A DNA stretch of 64,000 nucleotides from Candidatus Saccharicenans subterraneus (GCA_003426165.1 QUAH01000003.1:43525-107524), one strand, 5' to 3'; shown: positions 19,951-29,749, counted from the stretch's first letter. The notes: a model not told the origin generated them from the letters alone. Program-made: numbers and translations.

Positions 19951-19975
19951 ACCGGTTTCGACCGGTACGACCGGT
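19951..19975. promoter_or_regulatory. three phased copies of the palindromic hexamer ACCGGT (candidate operator)
   Basis: ACCGGTttcgACCGGTacgACCGGT read directly. The copies are 9-10 bp apart and lie 70-95 bp upstream of the MFP start, inside the divergent intergenic region. Confidence 0.3.
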
Positions 19976-20179
19976 GGAATTTATCCGGCAAATGAGATTT
20001 TTTCGCCAAAAATAGATATAATATCCGCTTCTGGTGTTTCGGCAGTGCTTTCCTGGATGCCAGGTTGCTGCCGGAGGCTGTGCATCTGTTTTGCCCGGTT
20101 GTAGTTTATTATAATTGATAAAGCGGGCCGGTCGCACCAGACCGGGGCCTGCCGGGAAATAATGACAGGAAGGTTGAGC

Positions 20180-23100
20180 ATGAAATCTGGAAAGGGAAAA
20201 CCGGTAAGCGGAGGACGGGTTTTCGGGTTGGCTGGCCTGGTGGCTTCAGCCGCGGTCCTGGCCGCTTTTATTCTGATCGGGTTCAGGACTGTCTCGAACG
20301 CACCGGCCAATGAAAAACCTGTCACAACTCCCCGGGTGGCCCTGGCCGGGATTTCTCTTCCCTTTGTGCCAAACGAAGGACAATGGGATAGCCGCCTGAA
20401 GTTCCGGGCAGACCTGTTTACCGGGACCCTGGCCGTGACCGACCGGGAATTGATATTCAGCCTGCTGTCTTTCAAAGCCGGTCGGGCTGAAGGCCAAGCC
20501 GGGGATACCGATCTTCCTGAAGCCGCTCGGCGCAGGGGCCGGCTCCTGGTCTTCAAGGAGAGGTTCTTGAGCGCTAAGGGACAACCGGCAGTTTTTGCTT
20601 TGTCCGGCAAGCAGCCGGCTGGTACCAGGGTAGCCTATTTCCGCGGGCAGAATTCAGGGACCTGGAAGAGCAAGCTTGCCGGCTACAATTCTCTCGGGTT
20701 GGGCGAAATTTATCCGGGAATAGAAGTTGAACTCCGGGCTTCGGGCGGGAACGTCGAGAAGTTTTTCTACCTGCGCCCGGGCTCAAAGGTTGAGGACATA
20801 AATATTAAGGTTGAAGGAGTGGAAGCTCTCGGCCTTTCGGATGAAGGCCATCTGGTTCTGCACACGGCAGCCGGACCGCTGGAGATGGTTAATCCGGTGG
20901 GCTACCAGGAAATTGAGGGCCGGCGGGAATACGTGGATGTGGCCTACGAGGTCAGGGCCCGGGACGAGTACGGCTTCCAAATCCGGGGTCCCTACAACCC
21001 GGAGTATACCCTGGTCATCGACCCCGCCTTGAGCACTCTTTCTGCTTCCACTTATATCGGAGGTACGGGTAACGACCGCGGCTACTGTGTCGGCGTTAAC
21101 GCCGAAGGCCAGGTCTATGTAGCCGGCTATACCGTGTCCGTTTTTCAATCCGATTTCCCGACCACTACCGGCGTAATCGATACTTCCGCCAACGGGAGCT
21201 TTGATATTTTCATTTCCAGGCTCAACAATTCTCTGACCCAGCTTGAGGCTTCTACCTATCTGGGCGGCCAGGGAGCCGATTATGTCAACGGGCTGGGCAT
21301 TGACGGGGAAGGCAATGTATATCTTACCGGTATCACTTCCTCCCGGGACTTCCCGGTAACTACCGGGGCTTTCCAGACCCAGTACCGGGGCGGAGATTAT
21401 GACACTTTTGTGGTCAAGATTGCCCCCAACCTGGACCTGCTGCTGGGCGGAACTTACCTCGGGGGAAGCGGGACAGATTACTCGGCAGCCCTGGCCCTGC
21501 TACCTGCCCAAGATGCCGTGGTGATTGGTGGGATGACCGATTCAGCCAATTTCCCGGTAACCGAAGGAACTTACAGCACCAGCCTTAGTGGGAGCCAGGA
21601 CGCCTTTGTGGCCATCCTTGGCGGTGGGCTTGATAGCCTGGCCGCGGCCACCTTTATCGGTGGCGGCGATTATGACATAGCCTCGGCCGTGGCGGTCGAT
21701 GGCCTCGGTCATTTCTGGGTAGCCGGGCGCACCCGGTCGACGAATTTTCCAGTCACCGCCGGTGCTTATGATGGAACTTATAACGGAGACTATGACGGGT
21801 TCGTGGTGCATCTCAGCCCGATGCTTGATTTCATATATTCTTCAACCTATATCGGGGGCAGCGGGGCCGATTTTCTCTATGCCCTGGCTCTTGACGGGGC
21901 GGTCAACCCGGCTGTTTACGTGGCCGGATACACCAGCAGCAGCGATTTCCCGGTCACCGAGGGCGCTTATGACACCATCTTTTCCGGCCTGACCGATATC
22001 TTCGTCAGCAAGTTTGACAGCGCACTGGGTTCTCTCATCGGCTCCACCTTCGTGGGTGGGGTGTCCGATGACCGCTGCCGGGCCCTGGTGGTGGACGACC
22101 GTGGAAATCCTTACCTGGCCGGCTGGACCAGGTCAGCCGGGTATCCGATAACCACCGGTACCTACGACCCCAGCCACAATGGCGGCTGGGATGCCGTGGT
22201 CACCAAGCTGTCGGTCAAGCTGGGCGCGGTTCTGGCCTCCACCTTTCTCGGCGGAGTGGCTGATGACCTGGCCTATGGCCTGGCCCTTGATGCCCAGGGG
22301 AATGTCTATGTAACCGGCTATACTCAATCCTCGGCTTTCCCGGTGACCAATGATACTTATGACAAGGAAATCAGCGGAACTGACGTGTTCGTGGCCAGGT
22401 TTGCCGCAGTCGGCAGCTACCAGCTCACCATCAGCAGGGCTGGAACGGGGAGCGGACTGGTCAGCAGCCAGGACGGCGGAATAGATTGCGGGTCCGATTG
22501 CTCTGAATCGTATGACGAAGGATATACTGTTACCCTGACCGCCACCCCGGGCGAGGGCTCGGTCTTTGGCGGCTGGAGCGGGGATGTGACCGGCCCTGAT
22601 AATCCCATCAAGATTGTCATGGATTCTGATAAATCAATTACGGCCAAGTTCGTCCCGGCCGAAGATACCTATACCCTGACCGTGCTCAAGTCGGGCCCGG
22701 GAAACGGAACGGTGACCAGCGAGGATGAAGAGATAGACTGTGGTGAAGTCTGCTCGGCTACCTACCCGGCCGGGACCCTGGTGAAGCTGACAGCCACGCC
22801 GGATGAATTCTCGGGTTTTGACAGCTGGCAGGGAGATATTTCCGGCACATCAAAGACCATCAGCTTCATAATGGATGGCGATAAAACGGCCGTGGCCGTC
22901 TTCGGGCCCTATCCTCTGGCCGACCTGACCGGGGAATGGAGCAGCCTGAAAGTGTCCCGGTTCCTGGGCCGGACCATAATCCTGACCGGTTTCCTGAAGA
23001 TGATCAACGACGGCGACGGGGAACTTAAAGGCAATTACAAGATAGCCTATTATCTTTCACCCGACGGCCAGAACCTGGGAACACTCCTGGAGACCAGGAG

Positions 23101-23359
23101 CCTGAGTTACAACCTGCTGGCCGATTCCACCCGGCTCCTGGCCTTTGTCCAGTATCTCAGCCAGAGCCAGAACCCGGTGGGCAAGTACCTGATAGCGGTG
23201 ATGGATGTGGACAACGAGATAGAGGAAAAGAACGAAGACAATAATCGCGTGGTTTACGGGCCGATTACTGAATCCACCGGGAGCGGGACCGGAGAGCAGG
23301 GACAGCGGCTGGAACTGAAAAAGCTGTCTGAGGCCATCAAGAACAAGCTGGGGAAATAA
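20180..23359 (+). CDS. large secreted/anchored adhesin-like protein: beta-propeller (SBBP-type) repeats, two InlB-B-repeat-like domains, CARDB-like C-terminus
   Basis: 1059 aa. N-terminal signal/anchor. At least 7 repeats ending in DFPVT.GAY/TGT. Two units of the form GTGSGLVSSQDGGIDCGSDC...TLTATP. The C-terminus (YKIAYYLSPDG...EEKNEDNN) fits the CARDB pattern. GGAAGG RBS before the ATG at 20180. Confidence 0.7.
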   Translation: MKSGKGKPVSGGRVFGLAGLVASAAVLAAFILIGFRTVSNAPANEKPVTTPRVALAGISLPFVPNEGQWDSRLKFRADLFTGTLAVTDRELIFSLLSFKAGRAEGQAGDTDLPEAARRRGRLLVFKERFLSAKGQPAVFALSGKQPAGTRVAYFRGQNSGTWKSKLAGYNSLGLGEIYPGIEVELRASGGNVEKFFYLRPGSKVEDINIKVEGVEALGLSDEGHLVLHTAAGPLEMVNPVGYQEIEGRREYVDVAYEVRARDEYGFQIRGPYNPEYTLVIDPALSTLSASTYIGGTGNDRGYCVGVNAEGQVYVAGYTVSVFQSDFPTTTGVIDTSANGSFDIFISRLNNSLTQLEASTYLGGQGADYVNGLGIDGEGNVYLTGITSSRDFPVTTGAFQTQYRGGDYDTFVVKIAPNLDLLLGGTYLGGSGTDYSAALALLPAQDAVVIGGMTDSANFPVTEGTYSTSLSGSQDAFVAILGGGLDSLAAATFIGGGDYDIASAVAVDGLGHFWVAGRTRSTNFPVTAGAYDGTYNGDYDGFVVHLSPMLDFIYSSTYIGGSGADFLYALALDGAVNPAVYVAGYTSSSDFPVTEGAYDTIFSGLTDIFVSKFDSALGSLIGSTFVGGVSDDRCRALVVDDRGNPYLAGWTRSAGYPITTGTYDPSHNGGWDAVVTKLSVKLGAVLASTFLGGVADDLAYGLALDAQGNVYVTGYTQSSAFPVTNDTYDKEISGTDVFVARFAAVGSYQLTISRAGTGSGLVSSQDGGIDCGSDCSESYDEGYTVTLTATPGEGSVFGGWSGDVTGPDNPIKIVMDSDKSITAKFVPAEDTYTLTVLKSGPGNGTVTSEDEEIDCGEVCSATYPAGTLVKLTATPDEFSGFDSWQGDISGTSKTISFIMDGDKTAVAVFGPYPLADLTGEWSSLKVSRFLGRTIILTGFLKMINDGDGELKGNYKIAYYLSPDGQNLGTLLETRSLSYNLLADSTRLLAFVQYLSQSQNPVGKYLIAVMDVDNEIEEKNEDNNRVVYGPITESTGSGTGEQGQRLELKKLSEAIKNKLGK

Positions 23360-23380
23360 GGAATCATCGTGGAGGCCAGG

Positions 23381-24193
23381 ATGAAGAAAATAAGAGCGTT
23401 GCTGGTTGCTTTTCTGATACTTGCCACGGCGGCCATCGGGGCGGAGCCCCGGCTGGCCTTTTCGCTCCGCGGCAGCTACTACGTCCCTTCTTCCACCACC
23501 TTTAACAAGGAATACGTTCCGGCGGTCAATGCCAGCCTGAAGCAGCTCTCGGATTTCCTGGCTGAACTCGGCCTGGCCGGGACCAGCCGGAACCTGGCCG
23601 AAATAAGTGGAACCTTTTCTTTCGGAGGCGAACTGGAGTTCAAGGCCGGGCCACAATTTTTTGTGGCCCTGGGAGCCGAGTATATTTTCAAGAATGTCCA
23701 GAGCGAGCTGAACGTCAGCGGGACGGTGGACCAGGTGGCCATCGAAGTGGCCCAGCAGGGCAAGGTCGGGCTGTCCAGCCTGCCGTTGCTGCTGACCATC
23801 AGGATCAATCTTCCCATCACCACGCTGCGGGTTTACCTGGGTGGTGGCGCCGGCTATTATTTCAACCGGGCGGTAATCACCGAAAGGTGGCGCTGGCTGG
23901 AGAATCTGATGAAGATCTCAGAGGGCGACCGGAAGATCGTGGCCACCTCCCAGAATATCTTTCCCCATGCCAACCTCGGGGCCGACCTGGCCGTCTCCTC
24001 GAGGTTCTATCTTAGCGGTGATATCAGGGTGCCCTTTGGCACGGTCAAGGCCTTTAAGATAAAAAGCGATTCGCTGGATTCCACCACGGTTGGGCAGAAC
24101 TTGACCTTCATTAATGGCGAGGGCCAGGAAACTGATTTCAAATGGGAGCTCATCGGGCCGGTTATTTCCGTCAGCCTGAAATATAAGTTTTAA
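23381..24193 (+). CDS. putative outer-membrane beta-barrel protein (signal peptide, C-terminal ...LKYKF)
   Basis: 270 aa with alternating amphipathic strands and a terminal Phe. GGAGG RBS. Lies 22 nt downstream of the giant protein. Confidence 0.45.
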   Translation: MKKIRALLVAFLILATAAIGAEPRLAFSLRGSYYVPSSTTFNKEYVPAVNASLKQLSDFLAELGLAGTSRNLAEISGTFSFGGELEFKAGPQFFVALGAEYIFKNVQSELNVSGTVDQVAIEVAQQGKVGLSSLPLLLTIRINLPITTLRVYLGGGAGYYFNRAVITERWRWLENLMKISEGDRKIVATSQNIFPHANLGADLAVSSRFYLSGDIRVPFGTVKAFKIKSDSLDSTTVGQNLTFINGEGQETDFKWELIGPVISVSLKYKF

Positions 24194-24199
24194 GCACAA

Positions 24200-24214
24200 C
24201 CGTCTATCAGACGG
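24200..24214 (+). terminator. hairpin CCGTCT-atc-AGACGG after the barrel gene, followed by a T-rich tract
   Basis: Perfect 6-bp inverted repeat 7 nt after the stop, then TTTCCCCTTTCGCTTT. Confidence 0.4.
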
Positions 24215-24531
24215 GACAATTTCCCCTTTCGCTTTAATTAAAATTGAACGGGATTCCCTTTGGCTACAAAGCTTGCTCCCCACGATATCCGATCTTCTTC
24301 TAACCATGGGAGCGCGACCATCTGGGCCACCGCTCGCACATGTCGGAACCGGGCTTCCAGCCAGGTTAACCTAAGTAACTGACCGGCCGGTGTTCAGATT
24401 TCAGCCCGCGCCCGCGGATTACTTTCAGTAAAGATTCCTGTTGATTTTTTGATTTATTTAATGCTATATAAGAACCGGGAAGCGGGGCCAGAAGGATTGG
24501 CTGGCAATCGGGCAGGGTAACAGGAGGGAAG

Positions 24532-25455
24532 ATGCCCGGAGCAGGCAAGAAGGTTTTTTCAGGTCAGCGTTTTGAAACCACCATCGCCATCATCATCGTC
24601 CTGGCCATAGTGACCACCAACATCCTGGTTCATTACAAGCCTTACCTGCTGAATTTTTTCTTTCTGCCGGTAATTTTTGCCGGCTATTACCTGGGCCGCC
24701 GCCGGGCGGTGACCATAGCCATCAGCTGTATCCTGCTGGAAGCTCTCTACCTGGTTTTTTCCCGGCAGGTATTTGGCGTTCAGCTTGGTCTTAACCGGGA
24801 TGACCTGATCTTTCTAATTTCCTGGGCCGTCTTCCTGTTGCTAACGGCCTGGATTGTCGGGGTGCTGAGTGAAAAACGGGAAAAAGAAGTATTCAACCTG
24901 AAGAGGGCCTATGCCGGTATCCTGTCCATCGTCCTGAAATACCTGGAGGTGGGCGAGCAGGGCAAATCACAGGCCGAGCAGGTCTCGGAACTGGCCGGGA
25001 AAATTGCTTCGGTCATGGAGATCAACAAGGTTGAAGTGGAGAACATAAAATCGGCTGCCCTGCTGAGCGATATCCCGGAACTCCAGAACTGCCTGCCGCT
25101 CTTCAGCCAGACCACCCGGTACATGGAGCAGGAAAGCCTGGCCCAGCTCCAGCTGAATGACCGGGAAAAAATAATGCTGAAAACCGCGGCCCTCATCCTG
25201 ACCGAAATTCAGCCGCTCCTGCAGAGCTATTACGTGCATTACCGGCAGAAAGCCGGGGAGATGGACAAGAGCCTGAACTCCATCCCGCTGGGTGCGGCCA
25301 TCATCGCCCTGGCCGAGCTATACGTCAGGCTGGCCCGGCAGGGAAAGGTCAAGGTCGGTCCGGAAGAAATTTCTTCGCTGGAAGATCTGCAGAAACTCAA
25401 GGGCCGCTATTTCCCGGACAGGGCGGTGGAGGCCTTAAGGCTTGTTATCTACTGA
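24532..25455 (+). CDS. membrane protein with a degenerate (His-to-Ser) HD-type cytoplasmic domain
   Basis: 307 aa. 3-4 N-terminal TM helices. LAGKIASVMEINKVEVENIKSAALLSDI aligns with the HD-domain block ..IA..LGL..E.E.L..AALLHDIGK but has SD instead of HD. No GYP motif. AGGAGG RBS. Confidence 0.4.
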   Translation: MPGAGKKVFSGQRFETTIAIIIVLAIVTTNILVHYKPYLLNFFFLPVIFAGYYLGRRRAVTIAISCILLEALYLVFSRQVFGVQLGLNRDDLIFLISWAVFLLLTAWIVGVLSEKREKEVFNLKRAYAGILSIVLKYLEVGEQGKSQAEQVSELAGKIASVMEINKVEVENIKSAALLSDIPELQNCLPLFSQTTRYMEQESLAQLQLNDREKIMLKTAALILTEIQPLLQSYYVHYRQKAGEMDKSLNSIPLGAAIIALAELYVRLARQGKVKVGPEEISSLEDLQKLKGRYFPDRAVEALRLVIY

Positions 25456-25488
25456 AGCGACCGGAGATAAACCCCGGGTGCCATCCCG

Positions 25489-26163
25489 ATGACAACCCGG
25501 CTGACCAGAATTGTGGGCCTCGACCTGGCCGGTTCTCCGCACAGGCCAACGGGCTTCTCTCTTATCAAGGGCAGGGCAATTTTCACCTCGGTTCTTTTCA
25601 CCGACCAGGAAATCTTCGAGGCAGTGCGAAAAGCCGACCCGCTGCTCGTGGCCATCGATGCGCCATTGAGCCTGCCTCCCGGCCGGCGAGACATCGAGGA
25701 CCGGAGGGGTGGTCATTTCCGGAGCTGTGACCTGGAGCTGAGAAAGCGTGGCATCCGCTTCTTCCCCATAACCCTGGGCCCGATGCGCGCTCTGACCCGG
25801 AGGGGCCTGAAGTTAAAGTCAGAGTTTCTCCGGTCGGGGTATGAGGTGATAGAAATCTATCCTGGCGGCGCCCAGGATATCTGGGGATTGCCCAGGGCCG
25901 GCCAGGGCAGGGAAAAGCTGGCCAGCGGCCTGGAAAGGCTATCCCGGAAAGAATTTGGGCTGCGTCTCAGCCGAAAAGCAAAGCCGTGGCCGGGGATGTC
26001 GGCCGACGAGCTGGACGCGGTCAGCGCGGCCCTGGTCGGGCTTTTGTACTGTCAGGGGCGGGCCGAGCTTTATGGAAGGGGAAAAAAGATAATAGTCATG
26101 CCGGCAGGAAGGGGACAGGGGTCGGGTAGATCGGTTAATAAGCCTGGCCGGTCAAAAAGTTAA
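25489..26163 (+). CDS. DUF429-like (RNase H-fold predicted nuclease) protein
   Basis: 224 aa. IVGLDLAGS..TGFSL and LVAIDAPLSLPPG resemble the DUF429 N-terminal blocks. It starts 33 nt after the previous gene. Confidence 0.4.
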   Translation: MTTRLTRIVGLDLAGSPHRPTGFSLIKGRAIFTSVLFTDQEIFEAVRKADPLLVAIDAPLSLPPGRRDIEDRRGGHFRSCDLELRKRGIRFFPITLGPMRALTRRGLKLKSEFLRSGYEVIEIYPGGAQDIWGLPRAGQGREKLASGLERLSRKEFGLRLSRKAKPWPGMSADELDAVSAALVGLLYCQGRAELYGRGKKIIVMPAGRGQGSGRSVNKPGRSKS

Positions 26164-26282
26164 ATTTCCCCGGAATAAAAAAAGCCAGAGCTTCAAAGAA
26201 ATCAAAACTGCCTGTGAATTATGGGCACATCCAGAGCTGACTCGGGCCCGGTTACCACCGGTTAAAAACTGACCGCGCACTC

Positions 26283-28370
26283 TTAGATCCGGAAGAGATA
26301 AGATACCTTGAGGGTGGTGGAATGCCCTCTTTCTGTCTCCAGGAACTCTCGCCGCTGGCTTTTCTTGAAACTGAGCTGGATGATGCTTCCGGCCCCGAGG
26401 TAATAGCCGGCCAGGAAATCAAAGCTGTACTGGTTCTCCCTTGTTTCGCCCAGCAGCATGGTGCTGAGAAAGAGTTTTTGAGTTATCTGGTAATGGAGGG
26501 AGGCTTCGTAGGTCAGCCCCTCGAATACCTCTTCCCCGGTGGCTGACAGCAGCTGCCTGATGTAATCCGCGCCGAAGGACAGTTCGATGTTGCTCCTGGG
26601 TTTCAAGGAGATACTGCCTTCCAGGCTGAGCTGGCTCCCGGGACTTACGGCCGTAAAGTCTTCATTATAGATGCCCCTTCTCTGCCAGCCGCTCTCCAGG
26701 CTTATTTCTTTCAGGAAGCCGCCCCTTTCCCAGTCGAAGTCGAAGCTGGCGCCATAGTTTTTCAGGAACTGGCCGTTCCAGACCAGGTTATCTTCCGGGG
26801 TCAGAACCTGGTACTGGCTCTTCCCGGTGAAAACTCCGTAGTGGAATTCTATCCGGTTGAACAGGTCCCAGAACATCATGAACTCCAGCTGCTCGCTCAC
26901 TTTTCGACCGTAAGAGTCCTGATTAACATTGCCCGAGATGTCCCAGCTCAGCCTCTGGACCGTGCCCCGGTTGAAACGCCAGGCATAGCCCAGCATGGCC
27001 TCCAGGGCTTGAAAATCAACCCGGTTGAGGTAGCCCGCCCTGAGCCTGGCGTTATCTTCTATCCGTTCAAAGCCGGCGGCCAGCTGCAGCCCGGCATCGG
27101 GCTCACGCTGGAACTCGATCTGGTGTATTCCATTTCTGGAATTGTCGCCGTCCGAGTTGAAACAGAAAATGCTGGCTCCCCGAATATAATAGATATCCTT
27201 GAAGTTGAAGCTGTAATCAAAGGCCAGGTTCTGGCTGGTGGAGTCCTGCTCGTCGACTCCGGTGTAATAAATCCCGATCTGTGAGTTTTTGAAGATGTCA
27301 CGCTTGAGACGGAACACCCCGAACTTGGATGAGCCGTAGTCCGTCTTGTTGAGGGCGCCCAGTATGCCGAAGGAATATTTGCCTGTCTTACCCGAAATCT
27401 TGGCGGCCAGCCTCGGGTCCCTGATCCGCCGGGAATAGAAGATCCTGGTACCGGTGGCCAGGCTGAAGTACTGGCTGCCCTCGGTGAAGAACGGGCGGTT
27501 TTCCTGAAGGTAGTTTTCGTAGGGCGAGAGCTGGTAGAGAAACGGGTCGGACTCGACCTGGCTGAAATCGGGACTGGCCGTGACATCAAGGTAAAGGTTG
27601 GGCTGGATGCCGTATTTCACGTCCACTCCCACCGCCAGCTTGTCGTCCTTCTCATCCTCCCAGCGAGAAGAACGCACCCCGGCATAAGGAAAGATTTCCA
27701 GGTTGTGACCGGCCTTGATTCCACTGAGTCCCCTCAACTCGGCCATCTGGTGGAGGCGGGGCAGGTCCCTCTTGACCTCGGTCCAGTAGTCGGTTTCGTT
27801 GAGCCGGTGAATGTACCGGGAAAAGTTTATTCCCCAGACCTGCTCGGAGGCGGTGGAGAAACGAAGGGACTTGAAGGGGATGGCCATCTCGGCCGACCAG
27901 CCGTCCTCCCTGATCTTTGCTCCTGATTTCCAGATGGTCTCGACCGAGTTTTTCTGGACCCCCTTGGGGTTGAGGGTGAAGGAAATGCTGGTTCTCTTGT
28001 CGTTGTAAGTGTCCAGGATGACCTGGATGGAATCGTTATTCTCGAATTCATTCCGGGGCGTGAGTTCGGCCCAGATCCGGTCGGGGTGGGAGTCCTTCAT
28101 CAGGAAGGCAAAATAGATGTATCTGTCATCGTAGGCGGCCCAGACATAGGTTTCCTCGGAGGCCGGGGCCCCGTTGACGGGATTGTACTGGATAAAGCCG
28201 GAAACGGGCTGGAGGTTTTGCCAGCAGTCGTCGTCCAGCAACCCGTCTATCCGGGGAGGCCGGTCTGTTCTCTTTATTTCCAAAACTTTGGACCTATCCT
28301 GGGCAGGCAGAGCCAGGACTTGAACAACCAGGATAACCATCAGGATAAGAAAACCTTTGCTTCTGTTCAT
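26283..28370 (-). CDS. DUF5916 / carbohydrate-binding family-9-like secreted hydrolase-type protein
   Basis: About 695 aa from the ATG at 28370 (the track's 28394 start is a TTG). Signal peptide. The N-terminal IDG.LDD..W block is typical of the CBM9-like domain of DUF5916 proteins. Confidence 0.5.
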   Translation of the reverse strand: MNRSKGFLILMVILVVQVLALPAQDRSKVLEIKRTDRPPRIDGLLDDDCWQNLQPVSGFIQYNPVNGAPASEETYVWAAYDDRYIYFAFLMKDSHPDRIWAELTPRNEFENNDSIQVILDTYNDKRTSISFTLNPKGVQKNSVETIWKSGAKIREDGWSAEMAIPFKSLRFSTASEQVWGINFSRYIHRLNETDYWTEVKRDLPRLHQMAELRGLSGIKAGHNLEIFPYAGVRSSRWEDEKDDKLAVGVDVKYGIQPNLYLDVTASPDFSQVESDPFLYQLSPYENYLQENRPFFTEGSQYFSLATGTRIFYSRRIRDPRLAAKISGKTGKYSFGILGALNKTDYGSSKFGVFRLKRDIFKNSQIGIYYTGVDEQDSTSQNLAFDYSFNFKDIYYIRGASIFCFNSDGDNSRNGIHQIEFQREPDAGLQLAAGFERIEDNARLRAGYLNRVDFQALEAMLGYAWRFNRGTVQRLSWDISGNVNQDSYGRKVSEQLEFMMFWDLFNRIEFHYGVFTGKSQYQVLTPEDNLVWNGQFLKNYGASFDFDWERGGFLKEISLESGWQRRGIYNEDFTAVSPGSQLSLEGSISLKPRSNIELSFGADYIRQLLSATGEEVFEGLTYEASLHYQITQKLFLSTMLLGETRENQYSFDFLAGYYLGAGSIIQLSFKKSQRREFLETERGHSTTLKVSYLFRI

Positions 28371-28505
28371 CTTGTCTTCCGACTTCTTCCTCAACCAAAT
28401 TTCCTATTAAGACGTCAGCCTGTTAAATTTCTTCCATTTAAGGCTGGATTTTAATGGATAAATGGATTGCTGTAAATGCGCGTCTTTTCAGATGCAGGCC
28501 GGCGC

Positions 28506-29411
28506 TCACTCCAGGGTCAGCAGGTACTGGTCAAGAAGGTATGGCAGATTAAACCGGTACCCGTAGGCTCGCAGGAACTCAATTATGGTCACAAAATCAG
28601 TCTGGCCGGAGCGGTATTGTTGGAGGAGCTTCAGGAAGTGCTTTCTCTCGCCCGGCGTCAGTTTGGGTGAGGCATACCCGAACATGTGGTTCAGGGCGTT
28701 GAGCAGGTTTGATTTCCTGATGGGCCGGCTCAAAATCCGGTAAAAAGTCTGCCGGTAATCTTCAAGGGTTTGTTCAAAATTGCCCTTGCGGTGAGCGGCC
28801 AGAATCCGGCCCAGGTCCTGAAGGTCCTTCTGGCAGATGGACATCAGCAGGTACTTGGCCCGGGAATGGAAGTCTATGAGCGACTTGATATCCCGGCTTG
28901 ATTTACGGAAGAGAAAGTGCAGGTAAACCCGGGCCAGGAATTCCCAGCGCAGCTCGCGGTTATTGAGCCTTCCTTCGTCAATTAACGGCAGGTGGGGGCG
29001 CAGCCTCCTGACCGTGGCCGGGAAGAGGCCGTCATCCTTGCCCAGGATGTTGGTGCCCTCCCGGTTGCCGAAGACCTTGGCGCTTTTGACACCGCAACTG
29101 GGAGACTTGGCCTTGAGGATGAAGCCGTCCACCTCCGGCAGGTTATTTATGGTTTTCTCCGAATAGTCCAGGAGTTTCTGGGTTACGTTTAGCCCGGTCT
29201 CCCGTTGAATGACCTCGATCCTGTCGCCAAGCTTGAACAGGCTGACCGTCTTGCGGGGAATGCCCAGGCCTATTTCCACTTCGGGGCAGACGGTTATAAG
29301 CTCGAACCTCGGCTTGAGGGCATTAACGTTATCGTCGCTGACCGTTCCGCCGTTATAACGGTTGAAAAAGCCGTTAAGGCAGGCGCTGATGACCACGGTT
29401 GGCTTGTCCAT
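28506..29411 (-). CDS. DUF523 (TudS-like, Cys-rich) plus DUF1722 fusion protein
   Basis: N-terminus VVISACLNGFFNRYNGG...TVCPEV...KSPSCG matches the DUF523/TudS cysteine pattern. The C-terminal half is DUF1722-like. Start is ATG 29411 (family-like MDKPTVV) or TTG 29432. Confidence 0.6.
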   Translation of the reverse strand: MDKPTVVISACLNGFFNRYNGGTVSDDNVNALKPRFELITVCPEVEIGLGIPRKTVSLFKLGDRIEVIQRETGLNVTQKLLDYSEKTINNLPEVDGFILKAKSPSCGVKSAKVFGNREGTNILGKDDGLFPATVRRLRPHLPLIDEGRLNNRELRWEFLARVYLHFLFRKSSRDIKSLIDFHSRAKYLLMSICQKDLQDLGRILAAHRKGNFEQTLEDYRQTFYRILSRPIRKSNLLNALNHMFGYASPKLTPGERKHFLKLLQQYRSGQTDFVTIIEFLRAYGYRFNLPYLLDQYLLTLE

Positions 29412-29749
29412 GATTATTGATTTTATAGACAATCGGGCTGAAATTCCAGCCAGGGTAATAATTTATTTTTCTCCGCAATATTGATTTCAATCGTGGAATC
29501 GAGCCGCCGCGGGCAACTGGGTGGAGGTTAATCAAATGTCTAACGGGTCCGAAATTTTATCATAGGTACTTAATACGATGCCGTCCCTTAAAATGGTCAC
29601 GGCCAGGGTTTTATAGATTTGACTGGCCCTGCGGGTTATGTGACATGACCGCCAGGAAATTTATCACCGCCGCGATGTCTTGAAAAAATCCCGGGCGTAG
29701 TTTATAAAGGGAACAGCTTTAGCCCGATGACCAGAGGATTGGAGGTCGG

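Noticed and set aside
26190-26282. Direct repeat CCAGAGCT (x2) and small hairpin CCGGT-tacc-ACCGG between the DUF429 and DUF5916 genes
   Set aside because: Too short and unphased to call a regulatory site. The hairpin lacks a U-run on either strand.
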